This document shows positions 14,176 through 28,270 of a stretch of 64,000 bases of DNA, piece after piece. A program made the position numbers and the translations under genes. The stretch's first letter is position 1; the number at the start of each line of letters is the position of its first letter. The stretch is taken from positions 28,520,001 to 28,584,000 of the forward strand of contig OZ024752.1 of the NCBI GenBank assembly GCA_964016885.1, read 5' to 3'. Source of the stretch: Eledone cirrhosa. Taxonomy: Eukaryota. The notes beneath the pieces are model-generated. The model had not been told where the DNA came from. It saw only the letters and a list, made by a program, of their open reading frames with translations, and ran no database searches.

Positions 14176-14332
14176 CTATATAAAATTGTGTTCCTGGATT
14201 TAAAGTGCTAATACATGTGTATTCAGTAGATTATGCACAACTTCCATCTCATCTCGTAAACCAGGTAATCACAGTCAGTGCTGAATGTGGTTTGCAATCT
14301 TAAAACAATTTTGAAATCTTAAAAATCTACCA

Positions 14333-14362
<30 letters not shown>

Positions 14363-14368
<6 letters not shown>

Positions 14369-14629
14369 TGTCCCAAAAATATATACATACTTTGATTACC
14401 TGTATAGGCAATATTTATGACAATGCACAGCCTTTCCCAAAAATAAAATATTCTACAAACATAATTCAATTGTATGTAAAGACCCCAAAAAATGTTTACA
14501 TAATTCAAATAATTGTTTCTAGTTTTGGTACAAGGCCAGCAATTACCTCAGTGCATTACTGGTGCTTTATTTTATTTTAATGTATTTTTTAAAGATGTTG
14601 TGTAGACATCTTTTGGCACACCCTTTATA
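14363..14629. mobile_element. Tc1/mariner-type MITE (degenerate)
   Basis: Left GGTGTCCCAAAA and right TTTTGGCACACCCT are inverted termini in a TA context. Confidence 0.5.
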
Positions 14630-14637
14630 TATATATG

Positions 14638-14708
<71 letters not shown>

Positions 14709-14825
14709 ATATTTATATATATATAAACATATTTATATATATATATATAAACATATTTATATATATATATATAAACATATTTATATATATATATATATAT
14801 ATAAACATATTTATATATATAAACA

Positions 14826-14880
<55 letters not shown>

Positions 14881-14881
<1 letters not shown>

Positions 14882-15395
14882 TAGATGAGATTCTACAGGA
14901 CTAGAACTGTTTCATTCTTTAGAAATCATCAGGAATCTGGGTATCAAAAAATAAATATGGTATTTTTATAGGTCTCTACAAGTGGTAGGAGAGGGGGGGG
15001 AGTGGGATGGGTGTAGGTCATTGGTTGATAGAAAAGGGAATTCATTAAAAGCTAATTCTACAAAGCTATAGTTTATTTTTATTAATTTTTGTTTTTAGAG
15101 TAACAAAGGCAGACAGAATTCTATAAACAGGTTCCGGATGGCATACCATTCCTTGTCATTAAGTTTCTCTTAAGCTAACAGATGTCTATAAGATCAGTGG
15201 CGGGTCAGTCATGGTAGATAGAATTAAAGGAAAGGGAGATTCTTTAAAAGCTAAAATAAAGAATCTCCCTTTCCTTTAATTCTATCTACCATGACTGACC
15301 CCCCACTGATCTATATTAAAACTTTTATACTCTGCAATGTATTGAGTACCTTACTTACTGTGGTTACCTCCGATTCAACCCGGAATAACGTACTA
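14881..15395. mobile_element. Fold-back PLE-type terminal element (family A) in (TA)n
   Basis: Hammerhead at the left end, internal inverted repeat 15192-15311, and the family A extension (TACTC..GAGTACCTTACTTACTGTGGTTACCTCCG) at the right end. Family also at 32690-32840, 37797-37840 and ~52010-52482. Confidence 0.75.
14888..14938 (-). ncRNA. Type I hammerhead ribozyme
   Basis: Minus strand reads AGATTC-CTGATGA-TTTC TAAA GAAT-GAAA-CAG TTCTAGTC CTG-TA-GAATCT, with a perfect 6-bp helix I. Confidence 0.85.
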
Positions 15396-15403
15396 TATAT
15401 ACA

Positions 15404-15455
<52 letters not shown>

Positions 15456-15831
15456 CATATATATATAAACATATTCATATATATATATACATATATATAT
15501 ATATATTTCTCACCTTTATTTACACAGAACTCTTCTTTGGAGATATAAGCCCGGAGCCTGTTCAGGAGGACAACTACAGTATCAATCCAGAAACACAAGT
15601 TCTTAGCAGCACACAGGTGAATGGTGTACAAAGTTCTTCAGAGACATTGCAGTGAACCAAGTATTAAGTGAACCAGATACATATTTGGTGGACATAAGAA
15701 AATCAATACTGTAATCTATTATTAAAATGTATTGAGGAAAGACAGGCATAATGTTATTAAAAGTTTTTCAAGAAATACATTAAAACCTCGTCATTTATTG
15801 TCTGTCTTTGATATGAATGTGTGTGTGTATA

Positions 15832-16180
15832 TATAATTGCGAAATAGATGTATACCAACGGAAAGAAGGTAAACTTTAAGGAAACAAGCAAAGAAAAACA
15901 GAAGAAAAAATGTATTATGCCTCGGCAAGGCATAATAAGAACATGTTGCCTCGTACGTCTCTGGGTCAAAAACAAAAACATAAACACATTTTTCTTTTGT
16001 GTTTTTTCTTTGCTTGTTTCCTTAAAGCTTACCTTATTTCCGTTGGTATACATCTATTACGCAATTTACACCTGAAGATGTCACCAGGTTCTTACACCAC
16101 CTGGCCACTGAAATGTGCATAGTGTTTGCAGAAATAAATAATTTAGGAAATTCAACATTTTTGGCCTCCTTTAATTTCAC

Positions 16181-16186
<6 letters not shown>
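15832..16186. mobile_element. Fold-back element with hammerhead, ending in (TA)n
   Basis: 15835-15915 is inverted at ~15985-16066, followed by a hammerhead and then (TA)n at ~16186. Confidence 0.7.
16068..16125 (+). ncRNA. Type I hammerhead ribozyme
   Basis: ACAC-CTGAAGA-T-GT..CCAGG...CCTGG..AC-T-GAAA-TGTGCA-TA-GTGT. Confidence 0.8.
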
Positions 16187-16216
<30 letters not shown>

Positions 16217-16310
16217 GAAGTAATTCCGTCGGAAAGGTACAGGAAAAAAGAGTGCTCTATGTAGGTTACAGAGTTTATTAGTTATGTAATAAACAACATA
16301 AGACAATTAT

Positions 16311-16368
16311 TTCATTTACCAGTGGTTTCTTGAAAGCAGATAAATCTGCTTTCAGTCGTCAGAATGAA
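16311..16368 (-). ncRNA. Type I hammerhead ribozyme
   Basis: Minus strand reads TTCATT-CTGACGA-C-TGAAAGCAGA TTTA TCTGCTTTCA-A-GAAA-CCACTGG-TA-AATGAA, with a 10-bp helix II. Confidence 0.85.
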
Positions 16369-16484
16369 TGAAACATGGTGTTTTTATTAAATGTGTATTT
16401 GAAAAAAAAATATAAGAAATATGAAAGTGAGGCTGAAGAAACAACGGGCGAAGAAGAAAAGGAATATATATATATATATACACG

Positions 16485-16548
<64 letters not shown>

Positions 16549-16830
16549 TATATACACATACATATATATAAAATAAATAAATAAACAAACATACACATAC
16601 ATATACATGAAGTAATAAGAATAAATAAATAAATGAATAAGAACCAAAAATATTCAAAGGCAAAAATAAAAAATAAAGAATGAAAGAATAGACAGAGGAA
16701 GCGCGTTGACAACGATAAGAGAGGGGAGGGGGGAAAACAAATAAAAATAAACAAGAGGTGTGCAATTACATAAAAATACAGATACAGAAAATAAATATAT
16801 ATACATATATATGCATATAAATATATACAT

Positions 16831-16938
<108 letters not shown>

Positions 16939-17070
16939 GCATACACACATACATACTTACAGACGCACACAACAAAAAAACATGCATAAAAACTCATATA
17001 CACGTATAAAAACAAATACACAAATTTAGGTGTATATACATATTTATATATACACTCATACACACATACA

Positions 17071-17189
<119 letters not shown>

Positions 17190-17687
17190 TCCACCTGGTT
17201 CCTTAGCACATTTCCTTCGTTATATATATATATATATATATATATGCATACATACACACACACACACATACATATATATATATCTATATACAAAAAAAAT
17301 ATTAAAATAAACATACATACACATCCACGTACACATACACACGCTTACACACGTAAGAAAATAAGCATACAACCAAATGAATGTACAAACGTAACCACAT
17401 GCGGGCGCTCTCTCGCACGTAATGAACACACGCAGACAAAACCATACGTAAGACTATACAGACAAAAAAACCAAGGCCTATAATTACCACACACACACAA
17501 CTGAAAACTTAAACACATACATAGAACCAAATAAAAGTTTAATATAAACATAAATATATATAAACTCACACATAAGAAAAAATACATACACAGATATATA
17601 TATATATATATACATACATATATACACATATATATATATATACATATACACGCATATATACAAATACATTCATATTTTATATATATT

Positions 17688-17778
<91 letters not shown>

Positions 17779-17870
17779 CTTTTCTCTTCGCCCGTTGTTT
17801 CTTCAGCCTCTCTTTCATATTTCTTATATTTTGTTTTCAAATCCACATTTAAGAAAAACACCATGTTTTA

Positions 17871-17908
17871 TTCATTCTGACGACTGAAAGAAACCACTGG
17901 TAAATGAA
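17871..17908 (+). ncRNA. Hammerhead copy with helix II deleted (probably inactive)
   Basis: TTCATT-CTGACGA-CTGAAA-GAAA-CCACTGG-TA-AATGAA. Inverted partner of 16311-16368. Confidence 0.7.
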
Positions 17909-18131
17909 ATAATTATCTTGTTGTTTATTACATAACTATATATATATATATATATTAGGGTAAACATTGATGCAATTCATTTCAAACACTCAACGTACTT
18001 TTTCCACATAGGAGTGACGGTGTGAATATCGAATAAGGAAAAGCGAAGTAGTTATTATTATTATTATTATTATTATTAAAGGACTTGAACATCTGAAACT
18101 ACTTCGCTTTTCATTATTCGATATATATATA

Positions 18132-18324
18132 AAGGGCGGTGGATTGGCAGTATCAGTAGAGGGTCGGACGCCGTGCTTTGCAGCACAGTTACGTCCCTTT
18201 TCGGACTGAGTTCAAGACCCGTCGAGGTTAACTTTGCCTTTCATCCTTAACGGGTCGATAAAATAAAGTACCAGTAATACACTGGAATAATTGCTGGCCT
18301 TGTGCCAAAAGTAGAAACAATTAT

Positions 18325-18325
<1 letters not shown>
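18132..18325 (+). mobile_element. tRNA-derived SINE
   Basis: Family consensus match. Confidence 0.9.
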
Positions 18326-18358
<33 letters not shown>

Positions 18359-19512
18359 TACATATCATTTTTTGTCTGTTTGATGTGTAAAATCCCAAAA
18401 TACCGTGATCTGTCGGCCAACTACATTTTCCAGTCTGTGGCGTTCGGGCTACTGACTGCGAGAGTCCTTTCTCCACTGTGGCGGCTCGCCTACAGAGATA
18501 ACTAGTGAAGCTAGTGAGGGTGCTTGCTTGTTCCAGCGCATCAACATCACCATCACTCGAGGTAACGCCGCGAGCGTGCGGACTTGTCTCAAAAATTATT
18601 AGAGAGGTTTTACCAGTGCTCCTCGCGATACTGTTATCTTTTGCTCTGGTAGCGGCTCGGTTGTTCCCGAGAAATTACTTCGTCATCTTCGTCAACAACA
18701 ACAGACGACAACATATATAAACATATATATACATATATACACGTATATAATTTACCTGTCATTTTTTGTGTTTGATATGTCTGTGTATATTTAGAGGGAC
18801 ATAGGTCCGTTCGAGCTACACGCTGTTATATTGTCGGGAGTTTTTATCTAATTTTTATTGTTTTATTTCGACGTTTTCGTCTACATAATCCATTCCATTG
18901 TTTGGATAAGGAAACTCCCTAGATCTCCAGAAAAAATTCATGTCAAAGATGCAACAGGTAAAGTACTTTTATCGTTTTTTATTTTTTCAAACTGAATAAT
19001 ATTCTCACAAGTATGTGCCTTGTTTAAATATGGTGAAGAGAAAGACGAGAAAACACAAATCAACCCTACCTGGATGTCTATAACGTCCCTTCCCTTAAAT
19101 CTGAAAGGAAGAAGACACAAATCTATAAATAGACTGATTTGGTCAGAGCTTATGAACAACAGCAACAGCAAAACGATCAAAATACTGAACAACGCATTCT
19201 TCCCTTATAACTACAGAAAAAAATACTCCGCCAGTACTAAATAAGGAAAGTTATCCATATACAATATTATCTAACCCTAAATATAGCACAACACAGACGC
19301 TGACGTACGCTTAACGGAATATCTATAATAGCTTCTCTCAATTGTACTGTATCTGATCTTGTAACTACACCAGAAGCACTTTTGAATGAACGCTAACTCC
19401 GCTGAAATTATTTTATTTTATTTTAATATATATTAATCTACATGAGTATTAATAGTGATCTCACTACTCTGTCCAGCACGACGTGCGGCCATAAGCTGGA
19501 ATAGTGCATTCG

Positions 19513-19554
<42 letters not shown>

Positions 19555-19555
<1 letters not shown>

Positions 19556-21560
19556 TGGATTAAGTTTACTGATTACTTAGAAGCAGAACTATCACTCCAC
19601 AACAAATATTACAATGTCCAATCAGCTGAAGAGCTAAAAACAACTCTACAAATATTTGTCGACAAAATACAGGATACAACCACTGAGGAAGTTCCTTTTA
19701 CATATTCCATTCCAAATAAAAATAACTGCAATAGTGATAACAACTACAATGCATGGCGGAGTGAAGAACTAAAACAACTAAGAAGGGAAATGACTAAGTC
19801 ATTAAAAAAATGGAAATACCATTCTACAGATTCCAATTATGAAAAATATAAAGGTTTAAAAGGCAATTAAAACAAGCCAAAAATGATTTCTGGGCTAGCA
19901 AAGCTAACCTGGAATCCATGGGTGATATATGGAGCATATATAACTCAATGATCAAACCCCAACCCCACAAAATGAATCAAGAGTTATTGATACATGACCA
20001 CAATGGTGAGGTAATTTCAGACACTTCCAAACTCTCTTCGCTATTTGCAGAATCATTTTTTTGCAACAGTTCATTTAGAAAATCTACTACTCATTACAAA
20101 GCTTCTGATCCTTTCACTCCAAACGTAAATCTCCCTCCCATTATTGAACAAGAACTACTAGCAGTTAAGGATGAGTTGACAATGGAAATGACCACAGGCC
20201 TTGATGGTATTTCCAATATAATCATCAATGAAACTTGGAGTATAATACATGAAATAGTGCTAAACGTATTTAATAGTATAATCAAATCCCAACACCATCC
20301 AGATATATGGAAATTTGCTCATGCGTTAGAATTACCGAAGCCCAATAAGGATAACTATCACTCTACCAGATCATACCATCCAATAGCTTTACTAAGCAAT
20401 CTTTCTAAAATTCTAGAAAACATTTTAGACAATAGATTATCTTACTTAGGAGAGACAATGAACATTTTCTCCAAATCCCAGGATTTCCAGGGAATAAAAA
20501 CACTGAGAACTGTGTACATGAAATGACCACATTCATCAAAAACTCAAAACTCTTGAAAAAGTCGACCAGCTTGATCTCGCTAAACATAAACGGAGTTCAT
20601 AACAATGTGGTTCAGGACATTCTAGTCAAAAAATTACACAAATTTGAAATCCCCAAATACGGGTTGAAAGCTTTCTCACTCATGGTAGTACAAGTCTGAT
20701 TTTTGGAAACGAGAAAAGTAAAAATATTTACCTTTTAAAAGGTCTCCCACAGGGATTGCCAGTCTCACCCATTCGTTTTCTATATTATACAACATACTTG
20801 TTTACATCTCTAAATAGATTTGTAGAATTATCAGGTTTTGCAGATGATATCAAATTATATACTTCATCTAGTATCATCAACAACAACAAAACCAAATTAT
20901 ACACAGCCCTATCAAAATTAATTATACAGATATGAACTTCAGATTACATCGAGATTACACTATATTTGATGCAGAATGGTGGGGAATTACATTATCCATA
21001 GATTCAGTTAAGGAATTGCCTTGGGAAAATGGTTTTCTATTTACTGATAATCCATCGAATCAGAACTGCTTCAGTCAAGAAAAAGGGCTCGGGTTAGATA
21101 TATTGAGAACTCTCTACTAAAAATAGATAACTACCTTTCAGAAATAATTACGAAATAAAAGGGATTTTCGTTTCACTGTAGTAATTCAGAAAATCATAAA
21201 GAAATAGCAATGATTTGATACCAGGCCATACAGATATTAGAGGAAATAGGAAAACAAACGAATTAGCAAAAGGAGCACAAAGGGAAATAATAGATATAAA
21301 CTACATCACAAATCTCTCGCAGGTAAAATCATTTAGCAATCAAATAATTAGTCATGGGTGGGAAACATTTTGGGAAGAATCCAAATGTGAGGTCACAAAT
21401 TTCAACCTCAACTTTCTCAACCAGATTTGACATTCGAACCTTATCGATCATCGATATCGGGTAATGCAAATGTAAAAATACTATGCTAGCTTCGAACTGG
21501 ACATATACCTTTAAACTACATTCTCAAGAAAAGGTCGTAGAGATTCACCTCTATGTTCAT
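19555..21560 (+). pseudogene. Degenerate I/R1-group LINE ORF2 (RT plus RNase H)
   Basis: GLDGI, WKFA..LPKPNK..YHPIALLSNLSKILE, GLPQG, FADD and RNase H IPGHTDIRGN..ELAK motifs, broken by stops and frameshifts. Confidence 0.85.
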
Positions 21561-21699
21561 GAGATGCCCAGATCGTCTGCATAGCTAAGATTTGATAGGA
21601 TTGTACCTCCTATTTGATAGCCGAGGCATAAAAGATACCTCTTTTATGCCTCTGCAAATAGTATCATAAATCTTGTCAGAGTCTGAAAAGTGAAAAGTG

Positions 21700-22275
21700 G
21701 TTTTGCAACACAAGTTTAAATCGGCTTGCTGTTTTGTTACATGAAAGTTAAGTTGATGCGAAATCTCGTGCGTACCATACGATGGCCAGATATATCAGGA
21801 GCGTTAAGAACAGTGCTGTCTAATATGCTTAGTCTTGCTGAAGATTTTCTTACTATTATAAAGTCTATTTGATTTTTAGTTATACTGTCTGGTGATATCC
21901 AAGTGAACAGGTTTTTCTTTTGAAATATTGTATTAGTGATCTGCATATTGTTCATAATTCAAACAAAATTCGTACAAAATTCGGCTAGAAGCTCGCCTCT
22001 CGAGTTAAATGTACCTGTGCTATATTTCCAAATACTTGATGGGAATGGTTCGTTAAAGTCACCCATCACAAAGAGGTGATCTCTCTTTGGTGTCTTATCT
22101 ATAATGGCTTGTATGTTGTCATATAACTCATTGATTTCTTCATCTGGATGTGTAGATGTGAGAAAGTAGCACTGGATAAGTACGAAATTTACAAAACTTA
22201 CTGTTCAAGCTCAGCACAGCTAGTCTGTCTGATATAGGTCAATAGTTGTGTACTATATCAAGCGATAAACAAATC
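21700..22275 (-). mobile_element. RTE-clade LINE AP-endonuclease fragment
   Basis: ITNTIFQKK..FTWISPD..TKNQIDFII..SGHRMV on the minus strand. Confidence 0.75.
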
Positions 22276-22357
22276 TATATCTTCATTGTTGTGTGTTGCT
22301 TTCCGTATACTTTTCTTCGCTTATATGTATACACTTATATGTATACACTTATATACA

Positions 22358-22392
<35 letters not shown>

Positions 22393-22398
<6 letters not shown>

Positions 22399-22929
22399 CT
22401 TGGAGAGGGTCATATTTATGTAATAATATTGTCAGAATTAATAACAGAACACACTCACTGATTGGTTGGTTTTCGCTTCTGTGTCTTTTATAGCGATTAA
22501 TTTAATTTATTCGGTCCTCAATGTTACCATTGACTGACCAACAGTCAAAAATACAGATATAATATAGACACAAACACATATATATGTTTGTGTCTATATT
22601 ATATCTGTATTTTTTACTGTTGGTCAGTCAATGGTAACATTGAGGACCGAATAAATTAATATAATATAGACACAAACATATATATGTGTTTGTGTCTATA
22701 TTATATCTGTATTTTTGACCGTTGGTCAGTCAATGGTAACATTGAGGAACGAATAAATTAAATTAACCGATATAAAAGACACAGAAGCGAAAACCAACCA
22801 AACAGTGAGTGTGTTCTGTTATTAATTCTGGCAATATTATTACACAAATATGACCCTCCCCAAGTATAACAATATTTGTTTCGACACACGATTTCATATC
22901 AAAAACCTCGCAAAACTAATTCATCGCCG

Positions 22930-22930
<1 letters not shown>
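22393..22930. repeat. Nested inverted-repeat (fold-back) element between (TA)n tracts
   Basis: 22395-22580 is inverted at ~22682-22870, with an additional partial inverted copy at 22585-22660. Confidence 0.8.
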
Positions 22931-22973
<43 letters not shown>

Positions 22974-23428
22974 GTGAATATATATGGGGAGAGTTTTACA
23001 TATACATATAGTCATTTAATGAGATGTAGTCATGAGTAAGTTGCATGTTGCGTGCAGCTTGCTATTAGGCAAGCCAGGGATTCTTGAGCTAGCGGTAGAA
23101 AAAGTGATTGCAATGTGCTTGTGAGTGAAACGGGCGTGAGCCATTGTTTTATATATATATGTGGGTGTGTGCGCGTGTGCGCGTATGTGTGTGTCTGATT
23201 GTGTGAGTGTGTGTGTATTTGCTTTTGGTAATATGATTTCAAATTATAAACAAGCCACTGATATATAAGTTGTTCACACTCCTCGAGGATGTTCTCGGGG
23301 CAAACATCAAATCGAGGCAAGGAGTTTCAATAAATGAAACAGTAGTAGAATGGCATATCCTGCAATTGTGAATTGCTTGTGAAGCCGTGTACATACTTGT
23401 GAAGATGAAATAGAATTTATGTAGCTTA

Positions 23429-24260
23429 TACGAGGGTCTGCTGAAAAATGCATAGGCTGATTGTGAAGGAGTGATGCTAGAGCTGTGAAATCTTGTATGC
23501 ATTAATTTCAACTCTTCTTATTAATAATTACATTGTTACTTTCCAGGGATTATGTTGAAAAATAAACTTCATTTGGTCATTCCATGAGAGTATCTTGGTC
23601 AGCCTATGAACTTTACAGCTGAGCCTCATATAATGGCACAAGGCCAGCAATTACCCCAGTACTTTACCCTGTAAGCATGAAAGGCAAAGTTAACCTCGGT
23701 GGGATTTGAACTCAGGCGGTAAAGGGCCGTAACTATGCTGCAAACTATGGCGTCCGACTGCATTAATTCTTTCCAGGGATTGTGTTGAAAAATAGACCTC
23801 ATTTGGTCATTCCATGAGAATATCTTGGTCAGCCTATACACTTTTCAGCTGAGCCTCATATAATAACTGCATTATTTCTTGCCAGGTACTATGTTGACAA
23901 ATAAACCTCATTTGGTCATTCCTTGAGAGTATCTTGGTCAGCCTATGAACTTTACAGCTGAGCCTCATATAATAACTGCATTATTTCTTTTGACAGTATC
24001 GGTAGAGGGTCGGACGCCATGCTTTGCAACAAAGAGTTACGGCCCTTTATGATCTGAATTCAAATCCGCCGAGGTTAACTTTGCCTTTCATCCTTATGGG
24101 GTCGATAAAATAAAGTACCAGTAATACACTGGGATAATTGCTGGCTTGTGCCAAAAGTAGAAACAATTATTTCTTTCCAGAGACTGTGTTGAAAAATGAA
24201 CCACATTTGACCATTCCATGAGAGTATCTTGGTTCTTGGTCATCCTATGAACTTTTCAAA
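23429..24260. mobile_element. Mariner-type MITE with tandemly amplified right end and two SINE insertions
   Basis: Left TA-CGAGGGTCTGCTGAAAA..ATAGGCTGA. The inverted terminus TCAGCCTATGAACTTT(T/A)CAGCTGAGCCTCA-TA recurs at ~23630, 23860, 23968 and partially 24258. Confidence 0.7.
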
Positions 24261-25489
24261 GTGTTTGGGAGCGTCACAATCTTTAGAGTATGAGAGTAAT
24301 GTATTTGCTGCTTTTTTGTTTTATTATTTTCCTCCATTTTGTGTTCAAATTTCGCGTGATGACTGACTTTTATCTCTGAGGAATAAAGAAACAACACCAA
24401 GCCTATACAACTACCAAACTAAGTAACCGATTAGAGCGTTAAAGTAATAAACATATAACATGTTTTAGAGATCAAAGAAATCGATATCTAAGTGAATAGA
24501 AACATTTGAAATCTATGAGAAAAATCTAGAAAGAACCATAAAGACGTTTAAGGTTATTTTATTTTATTTTATTTTATTTTGTTTTATTTTATCAAACGTC
24601 ACTTTAAATGATAAAGTTATCACTTACGAAGAGAAGAAATAAATAGAAGTCCAAGAAGTTGAAGATTGGTTTACAAGATTGTGAAAAATCTTCAGATCAT
24701 AGATTTATTAACACTTTATGAATTTTTATTTCAATAAAAAATTAAATATTGTAAACAACGTTTTCAGGAGAATTTTACCAAAAATGACACAATCATTATG
24801 TAACACTATATAATGGTTTCATTTATTAGCCACAATGGCCGACATATCAGGGACAATACAATAGACGGGGACAGTGGTGGTTTTACATACAAATCGAGTA
24901 AAAAATAAGAAAACAATAACAATAAACAAGAAAAATACAACAATGAAAAATTCCCCAATAGGGGGCATAACTACCCAGGGTTGATACATGTACCCCACCA
25001 ATCCTGAACCACCCGACGCTTGGAGGAAGCCCGGGAAGGGCACCCCTCTCCTCCTCAAATTCACCAGCCTACAGGCGCATGATCAGAGAAGGCCCACTCA
25101 CACGGGCCGTTCGCTCCACATTCACCCATCTATCAGCAAATGTACTGGGGGGGGCAGCACTTCTCTCTCCACCCTTATCTTTCTTTCCAAGTGAAATTTG
25201 AAAACGTTGATGAGGGATTGACCGAAGGGAAAAGACGTAACACTATATAATGGTTGCTATGAAAGGATGCACCCAGTACTGATTTCAATGGTGCTACAAT
25301 TATTTTATATTTAATTTTAAAGTTAATCAAAGGAATATGAGCAACATTCCTGTTCTTTGCAGGCCTAACCAAATTCAAGGATTCCTGACCCTAATATGTA
25401 CTCAATGTTTTGCGAAAGCGTGTCCAAAATCTTGCAACGGGCTCCTAAATCACACAAGGGAGCTTCTACAAAGTCACTTGATCTTTTAA

Positions 25490-25922
25490 CCCTTTAAAAT
25501 TTACATTACTCTATATATACTATTGTTTTCATGGTTGACATTATCAAGCCATCGTTTTGGCTGCCAGCCTCTGCTTCTCTTACCAGCCAACCTTCCTTCC
25601 ATAATGTCAACTTATGGACTGGACTTGATTTTTGCTCTTTAAACTCTGCTACTGGTGATCGAACTTTGTGGAGAAAAATATTTCATGTTGATGCGCAGTC
25701 TGCAACTGGTGGAGTTTAGCGAAGAAGAGATTTTCATGGTAAACATTTTATTTCACATTATTATCTCACATAATATCGAATCTATGATATTTTCATACTG
25801 ATGTTTAGGTATTATTTTGAGAACAATACCTAAACATCAGTATGAGCAGCCAGTTGCAGCCGGTTTGAACAAAAGAGGTGAGAGAATTCTGGCCGGATAC
25901 AGCCGGTTTAAATGCTAAAGGG
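25490..25922. mobile_element. piggyBac-type MITE with an internal LINE 3'-end fragment
   Basis: TTAA|CCCTTTA ... TAAAGGG|TTAA termini, with an internal hairpin at 25794-25844. Confidence 0.65.
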
Positions 25923-28086
25923 TTAAAAGTAGTAGCCAAATCTCCCTAAAATAAAACGCCACAAACTTTTAAAATAGGAGACGTTGGATAATGAAATCAT
26001 TGGTTCTCTGCAGACAGGAAATTACATGAAGGTGATGGCTACAATACCTTTCGTCACAGGTCTATTCGATTAGGGCTGACCTGGAGCTAAACAATACCAA
26101 CATTAAGGCATATGAGACAAAGGTTGTGGCCTTAAATCAAGTGGTGTGATAGTCCTATACTGGCACCACAAACCACCACCACTGGCACCACTGACACCAC
26201 CACTGGTACCATCGGCACCACTGCTATCATAGCCATCAACAACACCCCTTATACCACAAACACTCTATCCCTGTGTGTCATATGAGGCAAATACATGGGT
26301 ATTAAATAAACAGGTTTTGTGTTTCGGATACTTAAATATGGAATGTTACGCTTGTTCACCCACCCACCCAGTCCCCCCCCCCCTACACCCACACACACAC
26401 ACCCGCCACAGCCCCGGCGGACAGGATGGAGAAGGCGTTCCCGCGGAGGACGACAAGGGAGATACGCTGGAAAAGCCACTCCAACTCGCGAGGCTAACAC
26501 CTGCAGCTGGCCAGCTCAGCGCCTATGGTGGTGAATAGGGAGGTAGCCCTGTTGACTCTAGCAGAGCCCAAGAAAACACGTCTATCCTTCAAGACTTCCA
26601 GGTAACTGTGCATGCGATACAGTCTGCTGTTCTGCAGAAACAGAGAGCTTTAATGTGTGCCTTTGGATATTATTTCTGAATTAAAATTGTTAGGGTTAAT
26701 TTATGTGTGTCTGTGTGTGTGTGTGTGTGTGTGTGTATGCTCACTCATACGTAAACATTGAATCAAAGTCGTGGTTTTCACTCTAAAATGAAATGTTAAG
26801 TTTGTAGGCAAGAATTGAGTAAAGACTTGCAAGAAGTCTAATTCATTCACAATATAAGATTCAACAATAGTATGTTTGAATACAACCAGTGATTATACGG
26901 TAAACAGTATGTGGTGACAGAAGAAAATATGATACAATAAACCAACTATTTTATATGATTGGCTTGAAATTGTTTTATAAACGCAGCCAATCAATACATC
27001 ACTGAAATATATTTGTTTTCATTTCGACTTGTTTACACGAAATTTATTTCACAATGTATACAAAAGTCTTATCTGCTTAAGTTTAATGATTCTAATAAGA
27101 CTTACGGGCGCGTTGAATTTTTTTTTTTTTTTTATTAGTTTGATTGACACGTTTCTGACATTATATACCAAATGTTTGTCTAGAAAAATATAGTCCCGTG
27201 GTGGTTATTGTAAATAAATTAATTCATTCTTTTGTCCGTGAAAATTACATTTAAAAGCGTCGTTGAATAACACGAATACAGATAAAAGACATCTTCATGT
27301 ACCAGACGACTAGGATTGTGTTGTAGTAAGTGAAATGTTATGTCATATGTTTACATAAATATACCTTCTTTATCAATCAGTAGAATTATTCGAGTAATTT
27401 AATACATACAAATATATATTTGTAGTAGAAAAATCTCCTGATGTTTTTACATTAGTTGGTTGATGAAGTAAATAACCATCACTAAATCGATGTCGTGTGA
27501 AGGCGCATGGCTTAGTGGTTAAGGTGTTTGGTACATGAGTACATGAGTTCGATTCCTGGGAGTGTATTGTATTCTTGGGCAAGACACTTTGCTTCATGTT
27601 GTTAACTAAGTCCGTGACCAATAACTATGTGTTTATTCGGTTAAGTACTTATTTGGATGTTACAAGAAGTGATCACTAATGACTTTTAGATATTTGTGGA
27701 CTGTAATTATCTTATGTAATATAGTGTAAATATTGTTGTATTAATCATCTAGGTACTATGACGGTCTAGAATAATTTTGTGTATTAATGTTCTCCTGGAA
27801 GAGAGAGTAGAGGTTACTAGTTTGTAAATTAGTTTTGAAACTCGTTCAAACCGTGAAGTGGTTGCCTACATCTTCAGCAAAGCCAGTCTTGATAGCAAGG
27901 CCTTTCCATTATCTAAATTCGGTCCTTCAGTGAAACCTTATGACTGGCAACAACTGCATGTTATGTTGGTTTTATATCAAATAGAATATGTTTATTTGAC
28001 GAAACCCTACTTATTGTTACTCTGAGATCGTCTAACGGAGAAGGTGATGATGAAAACAGGAAGTTAGGATCAGTAATATTATTACA

Positions 28087-28270
28087 TGGATTGGCAGTAT
28101 CGGTAGGGGGTCGGACGTCATGCTTTCCAGCATAATTACATCCCTTTACGATCTGAGTTCAAATCTCGCCGAGGTTGACTTTGCCTTTCATCCTTACGGG
28201 GTCGATAAAATAAAGTACCAGTAATGCACTGGGTAATTTGCTGGCCTTGTGCCTAAAGTAGAAACAATTA
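28087..28270 (+). mobile_element. tRNA-derived SINE
   Basis: Family consensus match. Confidence 0.9.

Noticed and set aside
27495-27610. tRNA-like A and B boxes
   Set aside because: No complete cloverleaf, and it continues into TTGGGCAAGACACTT, typical of a SINE head rather than a tRNA gene.
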